From Eledone cirrhosa (Eukaryota): a DNA stretch of 64,000 nucleotides. The stretch is taken from contig OZ024747.1 of the NCBI GenBank assembly GCA_964016885.1, forward strand, positions 21,204,001 to 21,268,000, written 5' to 3'. Below are positions 1 to 12,789 of the stretch, one piece after another (position 1 is the first letter of the stretch; every line of letters begins with the position of its first letter). The notes under the pieces were generated by a model that saw only the letters and a program-made list of their open reading frames with translations, was not told where the DNA came from and made no database searches. The translations under genes and the position numbers were made by a program.

Positions 1-385
1 TTCAAATTCTCTTAATCCCCTCTAACCCATCCCTCTTACAACTCCTACAACTATTATAAAAGAGCCCCCTTAGAATATAGACCTCAGATAAACAAGCTGA
101 GCTGTTGATGTATACCACGATTTCAAACTGCTAATCTTGAGTGAAACGTTGGTGAAAATAATGAACTTACAATTACCTGTTATATGCCTTGAAAAGTCCC
201 ACCATATGGTCGGACGAAACGGCTGTCGGCAATAAACTTGGTATAATGTCATAAAAGTTCCTTTGTTCTTTTTCCTTAATATTTCTGGTTTGCTTATACG
301 CATAGAGCTTAACTAGCTACCGTCGCATATTTGGTAGGTCAGGCGTGATCATCGCGATTTACGTACGACCTACCATACATATTGC
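1..385 (+). mobile_element. Probable Penelope-like element pLTR/3' end remnant (runs off window start)
   Basis: Carries an HHR at 185-231, a downstream hairpin (TGGTAGGTC...GACCTACCA, ~332-375) and ends at a (TA)n tract like the other HHR elements. PLE assignment is inference. Confidence 0.5.
185..231 (+). ncRNA. Type I hammerhead ribozyme, U3-A8 core variant
   Basis: TGCC-TTGAAAA-GTCC(cACCATATGGTc)GGAC-GAAA-CGGCTG-TC-GGCA: stem I TGCC/GGCA, near-palindromic stem III ACGGCTGT, GUC site. Confidence 0.75.
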
Positions 386-387
386 TT

Positions 388-433
388 ATATAAATATATA
401 TATATATAAATATATATATAGAAAGATTTGAAT

Positions 434-512
<79 letters not shown>
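388..512. repeat. (TA)n microsatellite
   Basis: Direct reading; separates two HHR elements. Confidence 0.95.
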
Positions 513-518
<6 letters not shown>

Positions 519-558
519 TATAAGTATTAATAAAATAGATGTTCTTTTGATCAAAAGA

Positions 559-618
559 ACATTTTATTATACATATTTCGGATGTACAACAGTACGTCCT
601 CATCAGACAAAATATAAT
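559..618 (-). ncRNA. Type I hammerhead ribozyme (inverted copy of 2229-2291)
   Basis: Reverse complement reads CTGATGA-GGACGTAC-TGTT-GTACATCC-GAAA-TATGTA-TA with stem I. Confidence 0.8.
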
Positions 619-2048
619 GATACATGACATACCCTGAGATGTTAAATGGTTAAGATTTAATCAAGGTAGTGATTACCCGATAGAAAATTTTGCTTATATA
701 ATATCTGTGTGAGAGTGCGAAAACGTAATGAATTCATTAGAGATTATGTGAGTAAGAAAAAACGTTGCATACTTAAAGTGTTCTAAAATTTTCTAGGGAA
801 ACATCTCATGAATCATAACAGCCAGTGATAGCCACTGGAAAAAGATTTATAAGGAGGGAAAGATAAAGTGTGTGTGTGGGGGGGGGGGTCGAAAGTTAAA
901 CGGTTAGAATTTGGAAATATTTAATTTATAATATTAATGTGAAGACTCCAGATTTCAGGATTATTTGCTATTTATTTATATATTATTTATATAAATTCGA
1001 TAAGTGTGTTATCATTTCTAAACTTCTGAATTGTGAGAATAACATTTTAAAGGATTTAGCTGGCACGTAAAGAATGAAATATTATACTGTTGATTACTTA
1101 CCTAAATCTAAACTTTAACAAATATCTCAACATATTAGGTATGTAAAGCTTTTGAAGTACTTATTGTTATAAATATTTGAATAACTATTATGTATATAGG
1201 TATATATTAATGAGTCAGTATGTATAAGGTAAAAATTAAATAAAATAACATTTACGGATAAAATTTATAGATATGTATAACCAAGATATCAGTTGATAAA
1301 ATAAAGTACCAGTAATGCACTGGGTAATTGCTGCCTTGTGCCTAAAGTAGAAACAATTATTAGATATAGGGATTTATATGTAGATATATATTAGGTATTA
1401 TTAATACCTAATAATACTTTAGGTAAATCATAACAGTTATACTCTTAACAACGTGTTACATTTATATATATATACATATAAGAAAAACGAATAATGAGTG
1501 CGTGTATAAAATTCAAAATAATGTCTATAATAATTTTTAGTTTGGATATTTTCTCTATATTTGAATCATGTATAGAGAAGTATGGTAGGTATATTTAAAA
1601 ATATATAAAATATATAACTACATATATATTATAAAACATTATATTATAAATAAATAAATAAGAGATCGAAAGTACAGCGAAAATATTCACATTTATATAT
1701 AAGTTTGAATCCATCTCAAATTTAGATATTATAGTGCAGTAAGTATATTTAAAAGGAATATATGCTATATTATACTATAAATAATAGATCAAAAAGTCAT
1801 TAAACATTTGGAGTTATATATCTTTTTCCGGTGGCTATCACTGGCTGTTATGATTCATGAGATGTTTCCGTAGATATAGTATCATACAATTTAAAATTTT
1901 AGAACACTTTAAGTATGCAACGTTTTTTCTTACTCACACATTCTCTAATGAATTTATTACGTTTTCGCACTCTCACACAGATATTATATAAGCAACATTT
2001 TCTATCGGGTAATGCTACCTTGATTAAATCTTAATCATTATATTTTGT

Positions 2049-2228
2049 GAATTGGCAGTATCGGTAGAGGGTCGGACGCCATGATTTGACGCATAGGGTT
2101 ACGGCCCTTGCCATTCTGGGTTCAAATCCCGCCGAGGTTAACTTTGCCTTTCATCCTTAGGGGTCTATAAAATAAAGTACCAGTAATGCACTGGGTAAAA
2201 GCTGGCCTTGTGCCAAAAAGTAGAAACA
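2049..2228 (+). mobile_element. tRNA-derived SINE family B copy with 12-bp TSD
   Basis: TGGC...GGTAGA A-box-like head, GGTTCAAATCC B box, central GCCTTTCATCC...TAAAATAAAGTACCAG motif, tail GGCCTTGTGCC...AGAAACAATTAT. TSD ATTATATTTTGT at 2037-2048 and 2229-2240. Confidence 0.85.
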
Positions 2229-2291
2229 ATTATATTTTGTCTGATGAGGACGTACTGTTGTACATCCGAAATATGTATAATAAAATGTAAT
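2229..2291 (+). ncRNA. Type I hammerhead ribozyme
   Basis: Stem I ATTATATTTTGT/ATAAAATGTAAT (12 bp with G-U), CTGATGA 2241-2247, stem II GGACGTAC/GTACATCC, GAAA, palindromic stem III ATATGTAT, AUA site. Confidence 0.85.
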
Positions 2292-2601
2292 TGATCAAAA
2301 GAACATCTATTTTATTAATACTTATATTTTAATATTAATAACTCCTGAAAATTATTTTACCGTTGAGTGCTTCCAATCTACTGTAAAACTCATTCTTTAA
2401 CATAATCATCGAATATTGTTTAACAACCTAATACTTACATATATATATATATATTGTTATACTTTGGGAGGGTCATGTTGCCAATAAGAAACACACGCAC
2501 CAGTTGCTTTCACTTCAATTTATAATAAATTTATAAATTTAGGAATTTATAAATTTCCGGTTGGTTGGTTGGTTCTACAACCAGATGGTTGTTTATATAT
2601 T

Positions 2602-2644
2602 GTCAAAGTTCTTTCGTCACACATTCTGTGACCTCTTCAGTGAC
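2602..2644 (-). ncRNA. Hammerhead-like motif (inverted copy of 2862-2904)
   Basis: Reverse complement of the plus-strand motif. Confidence 0.6.
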
Positions 2645-2861
2645 TGGGGATTCTTTTCTTTGTTTTTGTGCCTCTCCTTTGTTCTGTCTTACAAACAACC
2701 AACCAGTAACATGTAAATAAACAAATAAATAAACGAATATAAACACACACAGACACCCGGATGTGGCGCATGCGCAGACTGAGCACACAACACACACACA
2801 GAAACAAGATGGCGTAGGACAGAACAAAGGAGAGGCACAAAAACAAAGAAAAGAATCCCCA

Positions 2862-2904
2862 GTCACTGAAGAGGTCACAGAATGTGTGACGAAAGAACTT
2901 TGAC
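2862..2904 (+). ncRNA. Minimal type I hammerhead-like motif
   Basis: GTCA-CTGAAGA-G-GTCACA-GAATG-TGTGAC-GAAA-GAAC-TT-TGAC. One extra G after the core and an imperfect stem III palindrome (AGAACT). Confidence 0.62.
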
Positions 2905-3267
2905 AATATATAAACAACCATCTGGTTGTAGAACCAACCAACCAACCGGAAATTTATAAATTCCTAAATTTATAAATTTATTATAATAAATTGAAGTGAA
3001 AGCCACTGGTGCGTGTGTTTCTTATTGGCAACATGACCCTCCCAAAGTATAACAATATCGGTTTCCACACACGTTTTCAGATAAAGAATCTTGCTAAACA
3101 AATTCAGAAACGAAATATATATATATATATATACGTAAAAGTTCTATTTAAATTGTTGGGATACAACAAGCAAATATTTTTATAACTGATATAAAGCACT
3201 CAACAAATCATTGGAGTAAAAATACGATATATTAACAAATGGAAACTATATTTATGAAACCATATTT

Positions 3268-3330
3268 ATTTCATTATACATATTTCAAGGACACCAAGTT
3301 AAATTATGGTGTGCTTTCATCAGATAAAAT
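3268..3330 (-). ncRNA. Type I hammerhead ribozyme (inverted copy of 3461-3523)
   Basis: Reverse complement of the plus-strand motif. Confidence 0.8.
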
Positions 3331-3460
3331 ATAATATAGATCAGTTTTATAAATAAATATTGACATACCCTTAAAAAATGCTATCCGGGAGCTTCCAACA
3401 GTAATGGTTGCATTTTTTAAGGGTATGTCAATATTTATTTATAAAACTGATCTATATTAT

Positions 3461-3523
3461 ATTTTATCTGATGAAAGCACACCATAATTTAACTTGGTGT
3501 CCTTGAAATATGTATAATGAAAT
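3461..3523 (+). ncRNA. Type I hammerhead ribozyme
   Basis: ATTTTAT-CTGATGA-AAGcACACCA...TGGTGTcCTT-GAAA-TATGTA-TA-ATGAAAT; same stem III as 2229-2291. Confidence 0.82.
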
Positions 3524-3659
3524 AAATATGGTTTTATAAATATAGTTTCCATTTGTTAATATCGTATATATATATATATATATTTATAGATGAGATGTAT
3601 AGAGATTGTTTTAGCAAGAAGCTAACGGCATTCTATAACATATATATATTTATATATAT

Positions 3660-3752
3660 AAGTATAAATTCAGCGAGAATCGCATTTCGGCGGGTAGAAA
3701 AAGCGAAATGTAACGCAAATTCTGAGTCATGCTGGCAAGCGCTCCATGGGCT
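3660..3752. repeat. Unclassified interspersed repeat end next to (TA)n
   Basis: TAAATTyAGCGAGAATCGCATTTCG.CGGGTAGAAA...CAAGCGCTCCATGG recurs at ~30838-30922. Confidence 0.65.
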
Positions 3753-3949
3753 AAAAAAGTTTTCTTTTGTATGTGTGTATATGTGTGAGTCTGTATGTGT
3801 GCTTGTGTTTATGTATCTGTGTCTAAGTGTCTGCATGTATGTGTGTATGTGTTTATTTTGTTTTGTTTTTTTGATTTGTTGTCTTTCATTGTTGATGTCG
3901 TTGACCAGCTCAGTTCCCAACTGTAGACACAATCCATCCATTGTAGATA

Positions 3950-4980
3950 ACACCACACTGCACTACATTACCACACACCACACTAACCTGCACTGCACAC
4001 ACTACACCACACCACACCACACTAACCTGCACTGCACTACACAACACCACATTACACCACACCATACTACACTACCACACACCACACCACACTAACCCAC
4101 ACTGCACTACACCAGCACACCACACCACACTAGCCCATTATACTATGCTACCACACACCACATCACACACCACACTATACTACATTGCACCACACCATAC
4201 TACACTACCACATACCACACCACACTAACCCATACTAAGCCACACTAACCCACACTGTACTACACTACACCACCAGACCACACTATACTATATTACACTA
4301 GCCCACTATACTATACTACACTACCCCACACCACATCACACCACACTATGCTACATTACACTTCACAAAACCATATTATACTACACTACACTACACAATA
4401 CCATACCACATTACACAGTACCACACTACACTACACCACCCACACTACACTGCACAATACCACACCACACTACACTAAACCACACTACACTACACAATAC
4501 CATACCACATTACACAATACCACACCACATAATACCATACCACATTACACAATACCACACCACACTACACTATACCACACTACACTACACAATACCATAC
4601 CACATTACACAATACCACACTACACCACACTACACTACACTATACCACACCACATTACACACTACCACACTATACTACACTACACCACACTACACTATAC
4701 CACACTACTCTACACCACACTACACTACATTACACCACACCAAACTACATTACACTATACCACACCACTACACCACACCACACTACACCACCCTACACTA
4801 CAACACACCACGCCACATTACACCACACCACATTACACCACACCAGACTACAACACACCACACCACATTACATTACACCACACTACTCTATACCACACCA
4901 CATTACTCCTCACTACACTACACCACATTACTCTACATTATACCACACCACATTACACCACACTACACTACACTCCATAT
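3950..4980. repeat. Degenerate pentanucleotide (CACTA/CACCA)n array
   Basis: Direct reading; explains the His/Thr/Tyr-rich pseudo-ORFs. Confidence 0.95.
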
Positions 4981-5272
4981 CCAGCCACCTTTTGCTCTCC
5001 TTACTCTTCCTTCCTCTCTCCTTACTCTTCCTTCCTCTCTCTCTATTTCTTGCTTTCTCACACAATTTCTCTCTTTCCTTACAAATATATTCTCTGCTCC
5101 TCTCTCCTCACTCATGCCCTGTAATTCTCCCTCTTTCTTTTCTCTCCATTTCATTCTTCTTTTTCCACTTTTCCATCTCTCTCTATATTTTTACTCATCC
5201 TCATTCTCTCTTTCTCTATCTCTTCTTCTTTTTCCCCACTCTTACTTCTCTTTATTTCTCCCTCTTCTTCTT

Positions 5273-5320
<48 letters not shown>

Positions 5321-5504
5321 ACACATGTACATCCATCTGCTTCTTCTTCATCACTCTATCACCCCCATTCTCTCTCTCTCTATTTCAATACAGACATCAC
5401 TGATTCCGCCCATTTTTATGGACATGAGCATCCATCCTACATGGCCAAGTATCTCCTCATGTGTGCAAATGTGTGCGGGGTGGTGTTCATCTGGCTGTAG
5501 TTGC

Positions 5505-6300
5505 ATATGTATGTGTGTGTGTATGCATGTGTGTATGCATGTGTATGCATGTGTGTATGTATGCATGAGTTTGTAGGCATGCATATAAACATACATGCAT
5601 ACATACATGCATGCATGTATACACACATATGTAATTACATACATGTTTGTATACATACATGTATGTATATACATACAAGAATACATACGTACATACATAA
5701 ATAAATATGTACATACATACATACCTACATCATACATGTGTACATACATACATACATGCATGTATACACACGTGTGTACATACATACATGTATGTATATA
5801 CATACAAGAATACATACGTACATACATAAATAAATATGTACATACATACATACCTACATCATACATGTGTACATACATACATGCATATAAATATACATGC
5901 ATACATACATGCATACATACATGCATACATACATGCATGTATACACACGTGTGAACATACATACATGTATGTATACATACATGTATGTATGTACACACGT
6001 GTGTATACATGCATGTATGTTTATATGCATGTATGTATGTATGTACACATGTATGATGTAGGTATGTATGTATGTACATGTTTATTTATGTATGTACGTA
6101 TGTATTCTTGTATGTATATACATACATATGTATGTAAGTATGTATATACACATGTGTGTATGAATGTATGTATGTATGAATGTACACATGTATGTATGTG
6201 TGATGTATGTATGTGTAATATATGTACATATGTATGATGTATGTATGTGTACACATGATGTATGTATGTGTAATATATTTACATAAGTATGTACCCATGT
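5505..6300. repeat. (TACA/TGTA)n array with internal duplication and inversion
   Basis: 129-bp direct duplication (marker CAAGAA at 5676 and 5805); ~5801-5891 is inverted at ~6020-6114. Confidence 0.85.
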
Positions 6301-6619
6301 AAATGGTGATGATGGATTCTACTGTTGAGACCAATAATGTATAAGTGTTAAGTTGTTCAGTTAATTGTATAAGTGGATGAGTATTCCTTGAATGTAAATC
6401 TCAAGTGGAATCAGCATAATACAATATATCCAACAGGCTTTCACACAGTTTCCATCTACCTAATTTATTTGCAATAGTAATAGTTAAAATACTTGCTCAA
6501 GATGTTATACAAAAGTTAGAGAGTTGAATCAAATACCACATGGTTCACATATCAGCTTGGTTGCATAAGCATGGAAAACTAGTTCAAAAAATGACAAATA
6601 GACACAAAGATGCAAAAAC

Positions 6620-6710
6620 ACTAAAAAAAAGTCTTATTAGTATCATGCTTAAGGGGAAGTAGAAGAGGGTTTGATGTTTTGGACATAAGTTCTTCTTCAG
6701 GGAATGGACA
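6620..6710 (-). mobile_element. Decayed HHR/PLE-type remnant
   Basis: Minus strand CTGAAGA-AGAAC-TTAT-GTCC-AAAACATC followed by AAGCAT...CTAATA, similar to 46520-46600. Confidence 0.4.
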
Positions 6711-7020
6711 GTTCAGAGAGGGACTTTTGTATGAAATGTCAAACCATCTTCCACTTCCTCCTAAATTAGATAGTAATAAGACATTGTGCTTTTGTATCTC
6801 TGTGTCTTGTTATTTCTTAAACTATGTATATATATTTATATATATACATGTAGGTGCACGTATATACATGTGTGTATTCATTGCAGTCATCGTCCTAGAG
6901 GCTGATTATTTGCAAGTGATAAGAATATATTCTTTAATACTACTTTCTCATGTGTTGCTGTTCAGTGGTAGAAGTACTTAGTGCCAAAGTTCTTCTAATA
7001 TATATATATGTGTGTGCGTG

Positions 7021-7107
<87 letters not shown>

Positions 7108-7330
7108 TCTGTAAGCCATAGTGAAGGCAACTCATCTAGGAGAGTAGACACTCCAAATAAAAATTTACACAGGTTGGAGAGGACTCTTGAGTCCAATACA
7201 ACAAATTCTCTAGTGCTGGTGGCACAAATAATGCACTCAGTTGACACTGTAAGGCAAGCGGGAAAAACGGATGTAAAAACTATGATGTTGAAATACTATA
7301 TATATATATATATAGATACATATATAGTGA

Positions 7331-7480
7331 TGATGATACAGTCTGGACCTAGCTGTTGAAACAGCAAGAGATCAGCTGTCGGGCCCTGACACTTTATAAT
7401 ATAGCCATAATCTACTCTCCTAAATATTGAGTACTTTGTTGAGTAATGGTTTAACTAGTTTTAAACTAGTTCTATCCTGA
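7331..7480 (+). mobile_element. 5'-truncated HHR element with tail stem-loop
   Basis: TGATGA-tACAG...CTGTt-GAAA-CAGC-AAGAGATCA-GCTG-TC (5' stem I missing), followed by TACTC...ATTGAGTAC at 7413-7434; (TA)n flanks. Confidence 0.65.
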
Positions 7481-7839
7481 TATATATATATATTGTTTTG
7501 AAAGATTCATGATGTGAAGTCGCATATATATTTATATATATATTGTGTGTGTCTATATTTGTGCAAATATGTTTAAATTATCAGATTGTTACTCTTCTAA
7601 TACTTTTCTTTTACAATGTTGGCATGAGGTGGAAAACAGTGTAGAGCTGGCATTCCTCCTTCCTTTTCCTCAAGAGCAAACTTATCTCAGAATTATTTCT
7701 ATATCCTGCTAGGGCAGACAGCTTGCATACACTATCACAAAATTAATTTTCCATAATGTTTCTGCTATTTCATTCTGCTTTGCATACGCATTCACAAACA
7801 CACAGAAACACAGTCACACACAATTGCTTGCATAAATAT

Positions 7840-7914
<75 letters not shown>

Positions 7915-8709
7915 AAATATATATATGTGTGTGTATATATGTGTGTGTGTGTGTAAATATATATATGTGTGTGTATATATGTGTGTGTGTGTGTAAACAT
8001 ATATATGTGTGTGTATATATATGTGTGTGTGTATGTGTGTAAATATATATATGTGTGTGTAAATATATATATGTATGTGTGTGTGTACATACATACATAT
8101 ATATATATACAACTGGGTGGAATGTAAGTTCAACCTGATTTTTGAGCTGGAAATGTTGAACAAGATTTATGAAAGTTTTATCTCTATCAGATGTTTAGTC
8201 ACTATAAGTAATATGCTCCTTCCCCTTTTCAGATTAGCAGCCCATTATTCATGAAAGCACTTACAACTACAGAACACATTTCCCATATTATGCTGTATAA
8301 GGGGATCAATGTAAGTGTGGCAAAAGTATCCATCTAGAGCAAGTGTGGTGTTGATTCAATATGTGAACATGTAAGAGGTTATGAGTGAGTTTTCTACTTT
8401 AGAAATGTTGGCTTGAGTTTAAATTATGAGCCAAGAGAGGTTCTTCTAAATAGATTACATTCAGAAGCATTGGACGCAGTTGTTGCAGCAAATGCTGCCA
8501 TTGCATTTAGGAACCCCTGTGGATAATTCTGTGTTAGCCACAAGACTGACCCATGCCTATTTAAAAACCATAAAAAAGTTTTAAATGTTTGAAAATGGGT
8601 CCCACCTGACCTGTTTTTAGAAAATCCTCAACAACATGCTTATTTGGAAAATTCTTTTGAAAAAAATATTCATCATTATTGAAAAGAAAAGATTATGATA
8701 ATAACCATT

Positions 8710-9039
8710 GTCACGCAGTAATACAGAGTACCCGACCTCCCATGGGTACAAGCTGAAGCATATAGACAATATGCCCCCACATCCCCCACCGCAAGGTGGT
8801 CGTGGAGGTGCCACGGCAAAAAAGCACCCAGCCCACACTGTAAAGTGGACGTGTAGGCGCCATGAAAAAGCACCCAGCACTCACTGTAAATGAGGTTGGT
8901 GTTAGGAAGGGCATCCAGCTGTAGAAATCAAGCCAAATCAGTTCCTGTATGAGCAAGGCATGGTCAGCCGACCAGACACTGCCCACAACAGGACAACCCG
9001 TCTAACCCATGCTAGCGTGGAAGAACGGACGTAAAACGG

Positions 9040-9072
<33 letters not shown>
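8710..9072 (+). mobile_element. RTE-clade LINE 3' end/3' UTR fragment
   Basis: Matches the 3' part of the RT-bearing copy at 50169-51441; ends GGACGTAAAACGG(TGA)n. Confidence 0.85.
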
Positions 9073-9073
<1 letters not shown>

Positions 9074-9615
9074 ACTGCACAAGATACTGAGGTTGCAAGC
9101 TGTTCAAGTAATGGCCCCCTTTTAATAAGTTTCTTGTTGAACCTGTAATGGTAAAGACTTCTGGTATTCTGGGTTGTGGAATCACTTCTCTACTTGATGC
9201 TATTGGGATGGAGTTGGTCATCCACAGGAGTAAGACCCGTGTGTTGGAATGGCATTTTCAGTGCATCTTCTTCAATAAAATCTGGAGTAATACTTTCTCT
9301 ATTCTGTTCAATGAGACCATGATACAGCATATGACTGGAGTTCTGTACATCAGTGAGACAGAGCAGACGAAGAGGGGGTGAGTGTGACAAACCCTTCTTA
9401 ACAACACACACTCAATGAATTTGGCAAAGCTATGTGATATGATGGCTGTGGGGGTTTTCTGTAAAACTTTAATCACAGATCCATCAAGAATCTGTCAATG
9501 ACATCATTTGAAACTAAGCCTAAAATTTTATTTGGCTATGAGAGATTTCCCTAGTTGCTAAGCTACATAATCATTTAACGTTCATTAAAGAGGGATGATG
9601 ATGATGATGATGATA

Positions 9616-9665
<50 letters not shown>

Positions 9666-10984
9666 ATGCTATGTTTCTATATATATGTGTGTACATATTT
9701 CTGGTTTGATTGAGATACATATAAGAATATGCTTGAGTAAATACATATATGCATACATACATTCAATCATACACACATACATACTTACATATAGATAACT
9801 GTGTCAGTATAGTATAGCACGTAATGTGTATGCGTGTGAATATGCATGTGTTAATGTATGTTAGTCAGTTTATATGTCTGTGTGTTAGTATCTATGTGTA
9901 TGCTTGTGTCTTTATATGCCAACATATAAAAATTCCTTCAAGTAAACCTGTTGAAAATGCTATTATCTAAATGATCTGTTATCAAAGGTTCTAATCTCGT
10001 TAGAAATAGACGGAACTAATTAGATGATCTCTTCTGAAAATATATTTGAATTATTTTCTTTTTCTCTGTATGGCAGCAATTGACTACATTTGCTGTGATG
10101 GTGCAGCTTTTGGAGTTGTTGGTAGAGGTGTTGATAGAGGAGAGTTGCAATAGTAGGGCTGATGGGGGGATGGTGGCAGCGCTGCTAGTAATGGCATTGA
10201 TAGAGCTGGTTATGGTGGTAGATGTTCATGGTCGCTCAATTTTTAATTTGTTGTATATATTTCATATGTATATCTATTTTAATACATGCACACACACATG
10301 CACATATTCACACACACGCATAGACACACACACACATACACACGCATATGTATTTATATAAATGTAAGGATGTATATGTATGTATAAATTTGTATGTGTG
10401 TGTGTGTATATATATGTATTATATATAAATGTATGTATTATATATATATTTATATTTATATTTATATATATATCATCATCATCACTGTTTAACGTCCATT
10501 TTTCCATGCTTGCATGGGTCAGGCAGGTTGTCCTTGCAAGAGACAAGTCTAGCCAGAATTGGCCACGCCGTACCTTGCTCTGTTGGGACTGTTAATTTGG
10601 CCGGGGTTTTTACAGCTGGATGCCTTTCCTAACACCAACCACATTTACAGTGTAGGACAGGATGACACCATTATGAGAAGGGACAGGCCTCATAACGAAC
10701 CCTTCTCACAGTGAAACCATAGTTTGGGTCCCACATGCACAATTACTGCGGTATATATATGTGTGTGTGTGTGTGTATAACCAAGCCAGAAACCATTCTT
10801 TATGTGCAAGACACGGTCAATGACCCAACTTGCCTCAAATGGGGCAACCCGTCTAACCCATGCTAGTGTGGAAAATAGATGTTAGATGAGGATAATGATA
10901 TATATAAATGTATATGCATGTATATAAGTGTCAGTTTGTGTGTATGTATATGTATATATATATATATATTTATATTTATATGTG

Positions 10985-11785
10985 TGTATATATAATATAT
11001 CATCATCATTTTATCTCCATTTTCCATTTTTGAATCAGTTGAATGGTTTCTTTTCAGCACAGCTTCACTCCATTCATTATGTTCTGCGTCATCTCCTCTA
11101 CACCAATTTGAGATGAGTTCTCCCCACCACTTCCTAGGTCTTCTTTGGTCTTTCTCCCCTGCAGCTTCCTTCTGCTGAAATTTCACAACACTTCTTCACC
11201 CAACAATATCATCCATGCACATTCCACCTCCATACCATTGCAGTCTTTCACTCTCTGTCACTCTACTTCCTTTTATACTCAGTTTTTCTCTCAGTTCATC
11301 CATGCTTTATTATTCACACATTAACATTGCACATCCATTAAATCATACTTGCTTCATTTCTCTTTAGCCTTCACACATCCTTTGCATTCACTGCCCATTT
11401 TCTATACCATGCAACATCATCAGTTTTTGCCCACTCCTTTTCTATATATCAAATAGGGCCATGTTCCTGATGCGATCAGAGTGTTGTCTTCTTTCCTACT
11501 TACTGACATTTTAGTTTTTGCTAAGTTTACTGTCCCTTTGATTCTAAATTCTGTTTCCACTGCTGGAACATACTCTCAAGTTCTTCCATGGATTCAGCTA
11601 TAAAGGCCAGGTTATCAGCATACAGAAATTTCCATGAAAAGCCAGTCTGAAGCTCCTCTGTTATGATCAGAACTACAATAAACAGACGTCGGCTGATGCA
11701 CTCCAGCATGTGCCTTGAATTCCTCACTAAACTCACTTCCTACTCTAACTTTATTGACAGCTCTGCTGCACATGGCTTGCACTGC
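10985..11785 (-). mobile_element. Decayed RTE-clade LINE fragment
   Basis: Minus-strand peptides SEEFKAHAGVHQ and EELQTGFSWKFLYADNLAFIAES align by eye to the RT of 50169-51441; frameshifted. Confidence 0.75.
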
Positions 11786-11837
11786 TCCTTCTCTCTCACA
11801 CACACACACGCACATACACACACTCACACACAAACAT

Positions 11838-11894
<57 letters not shown>

Positions 11895-12174
11895 CTGAGC
11901 AACAGCTCCTATTGAGGTTTGTCTCAGTTGGGAGTTGATCGATGGATGTTCAAGCAGGGTCTTCTACTACTGTGTCCCTTGTAAGTTGGTTCCCACAATA
12001 GTAGTTCATGTATAACTTCCTGCTTACTTCTTCAGCAATGTCCTGCAAATCATAACCAGCTTTGAGCAATTGTAGTTGTTATCGTGAGCAAGTTTCTGTA
12101 TAAACTTTCATTTGTAATACTATTTCTTTCAGTGCCCCCCCCCCCCCCAAACTAATTCTCTCTTATTTACACCG

Positions 12175-12530
12175 CACCCCACCACACCACACTACAGTAC
12201 ATCACACTATACCACACCATACCACACCACATCACACTATACCACACCACACTCCAATCACACCCCCACCACACTACGGTACACTACACCACACCACAGT
12301 ACATTACACCACACCACACCACATCACACACCACACTACACTACACTACACCACACTACACTACGGTACACCACACCACAACACACCATACTACACTACG
12401 GTACACCACACTACACAACGGTACACCACACCACAATACGGTACACCACACCCCACGACACGACACTACAGTACACCACACCACACTACAGTACACCCCA
12501 CCACACCGCACCCCACCACACTACACTGCC
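12175..12530. repeat. (CACCA/CACTA)n pentanucleotide array
   Basis: Direct reading. Confidence 0.9.
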
Positions 12531-12789
12531 TCTTCTTGTCATGAAAGACCACCACCACTCCACATACCATTCTTCTCTCCACCACTTCTATGGCTTCCAC
12601 CGGGCCGAGTCGAAGGAAACAAGAAAATAATTAATAGATATGAATCAGTTAATCACTGTATCCCACAGACAACACACAACCCTAAGTATTTTAGTATATG
12701 CATCATCTAGTTTCTTCTCAAGTGCTTGTGTGAGGATCCATTTTCCTGATTCTGATTGATACAACAATACTGACTCAAGATATGCAAAA

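Larger units (their letters stand above)
512..2437. mobile_element. Large inverted-repeat HHR element (PLE-like remnant)
   Basis: 512-618 is the reverse complement of ~2229-2335, and ~647-852 of ~1813-2038. AT-rich ~960 bp spacer, right-side tail 2336-2437, (TA)n on both flanks. Confidence 0.7.
2451..3115. mobile_element. Inverted-repeat HHR element with right-side tail
   Basis: ~240 bp near-perfect arms 2451-2692 / 2814-3058, ~120 bp spacer, tail to ~3115, (TA)n flanks. Confidence 0.8.
3134..3566. mobile_element. Inverted-repeat HHR element with left-side tail
   Basis: Arms 3223-3381 / 3410-3566, 28 bp spacer, tail 3134-3222 read on the minus strand, (TA)n flanks. Confidence 0.8.

Noticed and set aside
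2451-3058. Interpreting the long inverted repeats as DNA-transposon MITE TIRs or pre-miRNAs
   Set aside because: The arms are asymmetric with a one-sided tail, vary in length within a family and centre on HHR motifs, which fits PLE-type inverted truncations better. Not formally excluded.
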